From assembly GCA_965226375.1 (NCBI GenBank), contig CBDDCX010000008.1, positions 704,001 to 768,000 on the forward strand: a stretch of 64,000 nucleotides of DNA, in the 5' to 3' direction. The position numbers and the translations under genes are program-made. Positions 57,422 to 64,000 of this stretch are shown here, one piece after another. Source of the DNA: Longimicrobiales bacterium (GTDB lineage Bacteria > Gemmatimonadota > Gemmatimonadetes > Longimicrobiales > Gaopeijiaceae). Position 1 is the stretch's first letter. Each line of letters opens with the position of its first letter. Below the pieces are notes generated by a model. That model had not been told where the DNA came from. It was given only the letters and a program-made list of their open reading frames with translations, and searched no databases.

Positions 57422-58231
57422 ATGGCCGCAGCGATGTTCGGCGGGTCCCGACTCGGAAGCCGGAGATCACGACTCCTTCCCAACTACTACCAGTTCCCGC
57501 AGCCATTTGAAAGGCTCGTGACCACGGATGAGGGGGTAAGGTTCCTCGCCGACGTGGGCACATTGCTGGGCTGGTGTCTACGCTTCAACATCCGCGAGCC
57601 GTCGCTCGAGAAGCTCTTCGGGCTCATGCGACCGGGAATGACCGTTGTCGACGTTGGAGCGAACATCGGCTTCACCGCCCTCACCGCTGCGAGTCATGTA
57701 GGTCCTTCCGGGCGGGTTATCGCATTCGAGCCACATTCGGCGAACTTCGCCGCGCTGCTGGGCAACCTCGAGTTGAATCCCGAGCTGAAGGTGGAAGCGC
57801 TCAACCTGGGTCTCGCCCGCGAATCGGGTCAGGCCAACATGGTGGAGCCGGTCGCGAGGAACCCCGGAGGTTTCCGTATTTCGTCTGCGTCCACCGGTGA
57901 GGGGATTGCTCTCGACTCCCTGGACGCGACCCTGGAGTGTGAAGGGGTCCGAGCGGTCGATGTGCTGAAGATCGATACCGAGGGATTCGAGTATGAAGTG
58001 CTCTGCGGATCCGAGCGTGTCCTGCGAGAGAGTCGGCCTGCGATCTTCATCGAACTGAGTGAGGGCAACCTGGCGGAGCAGGGATCATCGACGGTCGAGG
58101 TCCTCTCGTTCTTGATGGACCACGGTTATGACATCCGTGAGGCTGAGTCTGGGGAGACCATGGGACTCGGGGTCGACTACGGAGGCTGCCATTTCGATGC
58201 GATCGCCTTGCCTGTGGAGTCCTCCGCCTGA
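57422..58231 (+). CDS. FkbM family methyltransferase (start uncertain; protein-like sequence extends to ~57357)
   Basis: VVDVGANIG, VIAFEP, LKIDTEGFE and IFIE motifs. Confidence 0.85.
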   Translation: MAAAMFGGSRLGSRRSRLLPNYYQFPQPFERLVTTDEGVRFLADVGTLLGWCLRFNIREPSLEKLFGLMRPGMTVVDVGANIGFTALTAASHVGPSGRVIAFEPHSANFAALLGNLELNPELKVEALNLGLARESGQANMVEPVARNPGGFRISSASTGEGIALDSLDATLECEGVRAVDVLKIDTEGFEYEVLCGSERVLRESRPAIFIELSEGNLAEQGSSTVEVLSFLMDHGYDIREAESGETMGLGVDYGGCHFDAIALPVESSA

Positions 58232-58372
58232 AAGGACATCGCGGTGGGTCGCCGCACCGAGGGACTCTACCGTGGGACAGCAACCTCGCCTTGTAGTGCT
58301 CGTTCTAGGCCGTCATATTGCCATCGACCGCTCCGGCCTCCCATCCGTACCTGATCCTTGTCTCGCCCATCC

Positions 58373-59704
58373 ATGACCAACTCCCCCATCGACCACCTAC
58401 GCAACGGCGACCTCACCGTCGGCGTCATCGGATTGGGCTACGTCGGCCTCCCCCTCTCGGTCGAGATCGCCCGGTCGGGGCTCCACTGCGTCGGCTTCGA
58501 CATCCTCTCCGAGGTGGCCGAAGGGGTCAACTCGGGCCGGAGCCACATCGAGGACGTCACCGACGCCGAACTGGCGGAGATGGTCGCCACCGGGCGACTC
58601 GAGGCCACCACCGACATGTCTCGGCTTGCCGAGTGCGACGCCATCTCGATCTCCGTTCCGACGCCGCTGTCCAAGACACAGGACCCTGATGTCTCCCATG
58701 TGATCACCGCGTCCGAGGCCGTCGCAGCATCGCTCCGTCCAGGGCAGCTCGTCGTGCTCGAGTCAACGACCTATCCGGGGACCACGAGGGAGGTCCTCCT
58801 CCCGGCGATGGAGCGTACCGGTCTGCACGCGGGCACGGACTTCTTCCTCTGTTTCTCACCCGAACGTGTGGACCCCGGCAACGAGGTCTGGAAGACGAAG
58901 AACACGCCCAAGGTCATCGGGGGCATTACGCTGGCCTGTGCCGAGGCCGGACTGGCCGTCTACGAACGGTTCATCGACACCATGGTGGAGGTCTCTTCCA
59001 CCGAGGCCGCCGAGATGGTCAAGATCCTGGAGAACACATTCAGGGCCGTGAACATCGCCATGGTCAACGAGGTCGCCCTCATCGCCGATCGCCTGAAGGT
59101 CGACGTTTGGGAGGTCATCGAGGCTGCGGCCACCAAACCCTTCGGTTTCATGAAGTTCACGCCGGGGCCGGGTCTGGGCGGGCACTGCATTCCGGTGGAT
59201 CCCCACTACCTGGCGTGGAAGATGCGCACGCTCGACTACCGCACGCGATTCATCGACCTCGCGTCGGAGATCAACGCGGAGATGCCGGAGTTCGTGGTGG
59301 GAAAGGTACGAGCCGCTCTCAATGCCAACCGAAAGGCCGTGAACGGGGCTCAGGTCCTCGTGCTGGGCGTGGCGTACAAGAAGGACGTGAACGACGTCCG
59401 CGAGTCGCCGGCCCTAGACATCATCCGACTGCTGGCCGCGGATGGCGCTCGAGTGGAGTACCACGACCCTCTCGTGCCTGATGTAGCCGAAGACGGGACC
59501 CGCTTGGCCTCCGTTCCCCTGACCGATCAGGTGCTCTCGGATGCCGACGCCGTGGTCATCGTCACCGACCACTCAGAGGTCGATTACGGACGAGTGCTCG
59601 ATCGAGCCGAGGTGGTGGTGGACGCTCGCAACGTGACCGCTCCGCTCCTGAACGAGCGAGGTACCCGGGCAGGGGCCTGGATCGTGAAGGGTGGGTCCAA
59701 CTGA
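58373..59704 (+). CDS. wbpA: Nucleotide-sugar (UDP-GlcNAc) 6-dehydrogenase, WbpA-like
   Basis: GLGYVGLPL, LESTTYPGTT, FSPERVDPGN, GGHCIPVDP and AYKKDVNDVRESP. Confidence 0.88.
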   Translation: MTNSPIDHLRNGDLTVGVIGLGYVGLPLSVEIARSGLHCVGFDILSEVAEGVNSGRSHIEDVTDAELAEMVATGRLEATTDMSRLAECDAISISVPTPLSKTQDPDVSHVITASEAVAASLRPGQLVVLESTTYPGTTREVLLPAMERTGLHAGTDFFLCFSPERVDPGNEVWKTKNTPKVIGGITLACAEAGLAVYERFIDTMVEVSSTEAAEMVKILENTFRAVNIAMVNEVALIADRLKVDVWEVIEAAATKPFGFMKFTPGPGLGGHCIPVDPHYLAWKMRTLDYRTRFIDLASEINAEMPEFVVGKVRAALNANRKAVNGAQVLVLGVAYKKDVNDVRESPALDIIRLLAADGARVEYHDPLVPDVAEDGTRLASVPLTDQVLSDADAVVIVTDHSEVDYGRVLDRAEVVVDARNVTAPLLNERGTRAGAWIVKGGSN

Positions 59705-59727
59705 GGCCCGGGCCGAGCTAGCCACCC

Positions 59728-60915
59728 ATGAGTCCGGTCCTCGTCCACCGAGTGATCGCACGCCTGAACACCGGCGGGCCCGCCATGCACGTGGCGAACC
59801 TGGCCGCGGGGCTCGACCCCACGCGTTTTCAGACACGCCTCATCACAGGACGGATCACGGAGGATGAGGGTGACATGACCTACTACGCGCGCGATCGCGG
59901 CGTAGACGTGATCGAGATCGCCGGCATGTCGCGTACCCTGTCGCCGTGGAAGGACCTTCGGACCCTGCTCCGGCTCTTCAGGATCTTCCGGCGGGAGCGC
60001 CCGACTATTGTCCACACCCACACGGCCAAGGCGGGCACGGTCGCTCGTCTGGCTGCCCTGGCGGCCGGTGTGCCGGTGATACTTCACACGTTCCACGGAC
60101 ACGTGCTGGGGGGACGTTACTTCTCGTCTCTGAAGACACGCGTGTTTCTGGAGATCGAGCGTCAACTCGCTCGGGTGACAGACCGGCTGATCGTTCTCAC
60201 GCACCGGCAGGCCCGGGAAATGTCCGGCGACCTTGGCGTTGCTCCGCCGGAGAACTTCGCGGTGATCCCCCTCGGGTTGGACTTACAGCCATTCGCAGAT
60301 GTGGACCGAGGGCGGGCACGGCGGCGTCTGCGCGGCCAGGTGGGGGTGGATGACGACGGTCCGGTGATCGGCATCGTGGGGCGGATGGTGCCGGTCAAGA
60401 ACCATGAGCTCCTGTTCGATGCGGTGGAGCTTCTCCACGAGAGGATGGACCCGAAGCCACACGTCGTGGTGGTGGGGTCGGGAGAGAGGGAGGGCTTTCT
60501 GAGGCGGTACGCCGCCGAGAAGGGGCTGGACCGGTGGGTGCACTGGCTCGGCTGGCGGGAGGACCTGCCCGAGGTCTTTCCGGCGTTCGACGTGACCGCC
60601 CTGACGTCTTTCGATGAGGGTACGCCGGTCTCGCTCATGGAATCGCTCGTGTCCGGGACTCCCGTGGTATCACGGGCGGTGGGGGGAGTGCCGGAGATTC
60701 TGGAAGATGGGCGGCTCAGACATCTGGTGTGGAGCGACTCGGCCGGCGACTTTGCCGACGCCTTGGAATCGGTGCTGAAGGCGCCTCCGGAGCCGGAAAT
60801 GGTGGTCGAAGCTCGGGAGACTGTTCTCGGGCGCTATTCGGTTGAACGACTTGCTCGGGACATGGATCAACTCTACGTGGAAGTTCTGGGAAGAGCCGGC
60901 ATCCGCGTCAACTAA
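59728..60915 (+). CDS. Glycosyltransferase family 4
   Basis: IARLNTGGPAMH, HTHTAKAG, VGRMVPVKNH and EGTPVSLME. Confidence 0.92.
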   Translation: MSPVLVHRVIARLNTGGPAMHVANLAAGLDPTRFQTRLITGRITEDEGDMTYYARDRGVDVIEIAGMSRTLSPWKDLRTLLRLFRIFRRERPTIVHTHTAKAGTVARLAALAAGVPVILHTFHGHVLGGRYFSSLKTRVFLEIERQLARVTDRLIVLTHRQAREMSGDLGVAPPENFAVIPLGLDLQPFADVDRGRARRRLRGQVGVDDDGPVIGIVGRMVPVKNHELLFDAVELLHERMDPKPHVVVVGSGEREGFLRRYAAEKGLDRWVHWLGWREDLPEVFPAFDVTALTSFDEGTPVSLMESLVSGTPVVSRAVGGVPEILEDGRLRHLVWSDSAGDFADALESVLKAPPEPEMVVEARETVLGRYSVERLARDMDQLYVEVLGRAGIRVN

Positions 60916-60924
60916 CAGGACACA

Positions 60925-62043
60925 ATGACCATCCCCTTCCTGGATCTCCAGCCTCAATACGACTCGATCTCCGGCGAGTTGGACGCTGCGGTTCAGGCCG
61001 TGATCCGGTCTCAACGGTTCATTCTGGGCGAGCCCGTAGAACGACTCGAGACGAGCCTGGCCGAGATGCTCGGGGTGGAGTACACAGTCGGATGCGCGAG
61101 CGGTACGGATGCCCTCCTGCTGCCCCTACGGGCATTCTGGAGGCAATTTGGCGATGAGGTGGTCATTCCGACGTTCACGTTCTTCGCGACGGCCGGTGCC
61201 GTATGGAACGCCGGTTATCGGCCGGTCTTCTGCGATGTGGATGCGTCGACCTTCAACGTGACCGGGGAGTCGGTGTCGGCGGCATGGACGGATCGGACCC
61301 GGGGCGTCATCCCCGTGCACCTCTACGGGCAGATGGCGCCGCTGGATGAGATCGGGTATGTGGCTCGAGAGCGGGACGGATTCGTGATCGAGGACGCCGC
61401 GCAAGCGATCGGAGCGTCCCAGTGCGGCACATCTGGGACCGCGACATCGGCCGGGGTCGCTGGCGACGCCGGTGCGTTCAGCTTTTTCCCCACCAAGAAC
61501 CTCGGAGGCTTCGGCGATGGTGGGCTGATGTCGACGAACGACGCCGAACTGGCCGACAAGCTCCGGAAGCTCCGGGTCCACGGCGGCGTCAAGATGTACC
61601 ATCACGAGATGGTCGGGACCAACAGCCGTCTCGACGCCCTCCAGGCTGCGGTCCTCTCGGCCAAGCTTCCCCACCTCGAGTCTTGGTCTGAGGCACGGCG
61701 AGCGAATGCCGCTCTGTACGATGAACTCCTGGCGGACGTGGCCGACGTGATCACACCCGTAGTCAGCCCCGGCAATCTCCACGTCTACAACCAGTACACC
61801 ATAAGGGCGTGGAGGAGGGACGAGCTCCGGGCCCACCTCACGGCGCAGGGTGTGGGCAACGCCCTGTACTACCCGGTGCCGCTCCATCTTCAGGAGTGCT
61901 TCTCGGAGTTGGGATACCAGGAGGGAGACCTGCCCGTCTCCGAACAGCTCTGCAAGGAGGTCGTCAGCCTACCCATCTTCCCAGAACTGGGCGAAGATCG
62001 GGTCACGGCCGTCGCGGAGGCCATCCGGGAGTTCTACGGTTGA
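60925..62043 (+). CDS. DegT/DnrJ/EryC1/StrS PLP aminotransferase, WbpE-like
   Basis: SGTDAL, PVHLYGQ, EDAAQ, SFFPTKNLGGFGDGG and NSRLDALQAA. Confidence 0.93.
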   Translation: MTIPFLDLQPQYDSISGELDAAVQAVIRSQRFILGEPVERLETSLAEMLGVEYTVGCASGTDALLLPLRAFWRQFGDEVVIPTFTFFATAGAVWNAGYRPVFCDVDASTFNVTGESVSAAWTDRTRGVIPVHLYGQMAPLDEIGYVARERDGFVIEDAAQAIGASQCGTSGTATSAGVAGDAGAFSFFPTKNLGGFGDGGLMSTNDAELADKLRKLRVHGGVKMYHHEMVGTNSRLDALQAAVLSAKLPHLESWSEARRANAALYDELLADVADVITPVVSPGNLHVYNQYTIRAWRRDELRAHLTAQGVGNALYYPVPLHLQECFSELGYQEGDLPVSEQLCKEVVSLPIFPELGEDRVTAVAEAIREFYG

Positions 62044-62891
62044 ACATCCTCGTGACCGGAGCCGGCGGCCTGTTGGGTGGGGCGGTAGTCTGGGCTGCTC
62101 GCGAGCGGGGACACACCGTAGATGCGCTCGACCGCGCCGCCCTCGACGTCACCGATGCCGAGGCGGTGCACGGCCTAATTACCGAGCGGAAGCCGGACAC
62201 CGTGGTCCACTGCGCCGCATACACCGCTGTGGATCGAGCAGAGGAAGAAGCGGAGTTGGCCATGCAGGTCAACCGGGACGGGACGTCCAACGTGGCCCTC
62301 GCCGCGGCGGAGGTCGGGGCGGTGGTGTTCTTTCCCAGCACGGACTATGTGTTCGACGGCACGTCCGACCGCCCCTACGAGCCGGGTGACGAGCCCCGGC
62401 CGCTTAATGCCTACGGTCGCAGTAAGCTGGCTGCGGAGCAGATGTTGCGAGCGGGGGGAGGGAAGTGGACCATCGTTCGCACCAGCTGGCTCTACGGCGC
62501 CGACGGCAGGGACTTCGTGGACGTGATCCTGGGCTCCGGCGAACGAGCCGAACCGATGACAATCGTCGACGATCAAGTGGGTTGCCCGATGTGGACCGGG
62601 AGTCTCGCGCCGGCCCTTGTGGAACTTGCCGAACAGGGCGCCACGGGCACCCTGCACCTCTGTGACCGGGGCGAGGCCACCTGGCTCGATCTGGCTCGCG
62701 GGGTGGCATCCATTGGAGGCGTCGAGGTGGATCTCACTGCTACGACCACGGAGGCATGGGGCGCCGCCGCCGACCGGCCGCGCTATTCCGTGCTCGACTC
62801 GTCCAAGGCTGAAGCTCTATTGGGCCGTTCCATGCCTACCTGGGGAGAGTCCCTTCGGACCTATCTGTGTCGGAGAGGTGGAGTGTCCTGA
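62040..62891 (+). CDS. rfbD: dTDP-4-dehydrorhamnose reductase
   Basis: TTG overlaps the upstream stop; TGAGGLLG, CAAYTAVDRAE, STDYVFDG and YGRSK. Confidence 0.92.
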   Translation: MNILVTGAGGLLGGAVVWAARERGHTVDALDRAALDVTDAEAVHGLITERKPDTVVHCAAYTAVDRAEEEAELAMQVNRDGTSNVALAAAEVGAVVFFPSTDYVFDGTSDRPYEPGDEPRPLNAYGRSKLAAEQMLRAGGGKWTIVRTSWLYGADGRDFVDVILGSGERAEPMTIVDDQVGCPMWTGSLAPALVELAEQGATGTLHLCDRGEATWLDLARGVASIGGVEVDLTATTTEAWGAAADRPRYSVLDSSKAEALLGRSMPTWGESLRTYLCRRGGVS

Positions 62892-62939
62892 GGTGCGACG
62901 ATGTCGATCTCGAGTGGGGAAGATCGTGCTCGCGCCTCC

Positions 62940-63227
62940 TCAGGCCGGCACCATCCGCTCTACCTTCAGCTCCGCCGCCCGCTTTTCGGCCTGCCAAAGA
63001 TCGTAGTTCATCTGAAGCTGCATCCAGTGCCGTGCGGTTGAGCCAAAGGCTTTGCTGAGACGAATGGCCATATCCGGGGAGATTCCTGCGCGGCCGTTCA
63101 CGAGCTCGGAAAGGGTCTTGCGTGAAATGCCGAGTGCCCTCGCTCCGGCCGTCACTGTGAGGCCGAGCGGCTCAAGACAACTGATGCGGACGTGTTCCCC
63201 TGGATGGGGTGGGTCATGCATGGCCAT
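62940..63227 (-). CDS. higA: HigA family antitoxin
   Basis: [23 protein letters not shown] and [10 protein letters not shown]. Confidence 0.93.
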   Translation of the reverse strand: MAMHDPPHPGEHVRISCLEPLGLTVTAGARALGISRKTLSELVNGRAGISPDMAIRLSKAFGSTARHWMQLQMNYDLWQAEKRAAELKVERMVPA

Positions 63228-63241
63228 CGCTCTATCTCCTT

Positions 63242-63520
63242 CTAGTGATAGTCGGTCAAGTCTACGCGGTAGACGTTGCCATCTTCCATCCGGAAGACGA
63301 TTCGCCAGTTCCCGGTCACCTTCACCGACCAGTAGCCCTTCAAATCTCCTTTCCGGGCGTGCAGGCCGTAACCTGGAAGGCTCAGGTCCTCTGGTGTCTC
63401 CGCAGCATCCAAATCAGCCAGGATGACGCTAACCTTGGCGAGCATTTCCGGAGGGACGCCCCGCGCATCACCCTTTTCGTAGAGCCGCTTCAGTCCCTTG
63501 TGACGAGAGCCCTGTATCAT
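63242..63520 (-). CDS. higB: HigB family (RelE-like) toxin
   Basis: [27 protein letters not shown] and C-terminal DYH. Confidence 0.93.
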   Translation of the reverse strand: MIQGSRHKGLKRLYEKGDARGVPPEMLAKVSVILADLDAAETPEDLSLPGYGLHARKGDLKGYWSVKVTGNWRIVFRMEDGNVYRVDLTDYH

Positions 63521-63525
63521 GCTCC

Positions 63526-63557
63526 GTTACTGTAACCTGTAACGTTACGGGTGTCAA
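63526..63557 (-). promoter_or_regulatory. higBA promoter with overlapping palindromic operators
   Basis: Minus strand TTGACA-N17-TACAGT, ending 8 nt before the ATG; palindromes GTAACGTTAC (63539-63548) and GTTAC-T-GTAAC (63526-63536). Confidence 0.75.
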
Positions 63558-63775
63558 ACAAGAAACAATACATTGGGTTAGATGCGGTCGAGACAGGGTC
63601 GGGTTGACGCTCACGAACGATGCGAGCATAGCCCGGGCGCTTGAATAGCCGCATGGGAACGGTACATTGGCGCCGTAGCACTCTGACCCCGAAAGCGGAA
63701 CGCAATGGCTGATTCGATCCTGGATGCTCCCGCACCTCGTCCCCCCGATTCCGTGTTCGAATTCGGGGAGATTCC

Positions 63776-64000
63776 ATGAAGGGCGTCGTCCTCGCGGGAG
63801 GCTTGGGCAACCGTCTCCAGCCCATGACCCGGGTCACCAACAAGCACCTCCTCCCGGTCTTCGACCGGCCGATGATCTACTTTCCCATCCAACAGCTCGT
63901 GTACGCGGGGATCGACGAGATTCTGATCGTGACCGGCGGAAACCACGCCGGGGACTTTCTCAGGCTTCTTGCGAACGGGAAGGACGTCGGGATCAGAGGC
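63776..64000 (+). CDS. Sugar-1-phosphate nucleotidyltransferase (RmlA/SpsI-like), N-terminal part (truncated by window edge)
   Basis: MKGVVLAGGLGNRLQPMTRVTNKHLLPVFDRPMIYFP. Confidence 0.9.
   Translation, partial: MKGVVLAGGLGNRLQPMTRVTNKHLLPVFDRPMIYFPIQQLVYAGIDEILIVTGGNHAGDFLRLLANGKDVGIRG

Overview
High-GC bacterial chromosomal window, tentatively Gemmatimonadota-like (inferred from protein style, not tested). About 60% is the core translation/transcription supercluster: tRNA-Tyr/Gly/Thr, tuf, rpmG, secE, nusG, rplKAJL, rpoBC, then the str, S10, spc and alpha operons, then rpmB. To the left are frdABCD, a decayed kinase/LRR remnant, a MASE3-PAS histidine kinase, a penicillin-acylase-family lipoprotein, DUF3179 and oligopeptidase A. 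To the right is an eroding surface-polysaccharide locus with Wbp-type genes, an IS1595 insertion in wbpB, a G21 frameshift tract, chimeric genes and higBA. The best candidate for an undescribed system is a five-gene cassette between rpoC and rpsL (24932-28645). It encodes a nucleotidyltransferase, an HPr-kinase-like kinase, a stand-alone PqqD/RRE, a PRMT-fold methyltransferase and a 75-aa peptide. The peptide leader combines a twin-arginine signal with a YxAP RRE-type motif ahead of a Ser/Thr-rich core, so this may be a Tat-exported, non-lasso RiPP. Also notable: a 1.6-kb tuf duplication whose ~400-nt structured tail runs up to the start codons of two different r-protein genes, a conserved-core hairpin element after tuf and rpoC, a 13-bp tandem array between rplB and rpsS, and long acidic extensions on several r-proteins. 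All family calls come from motif recognition by eye; no searches were run.
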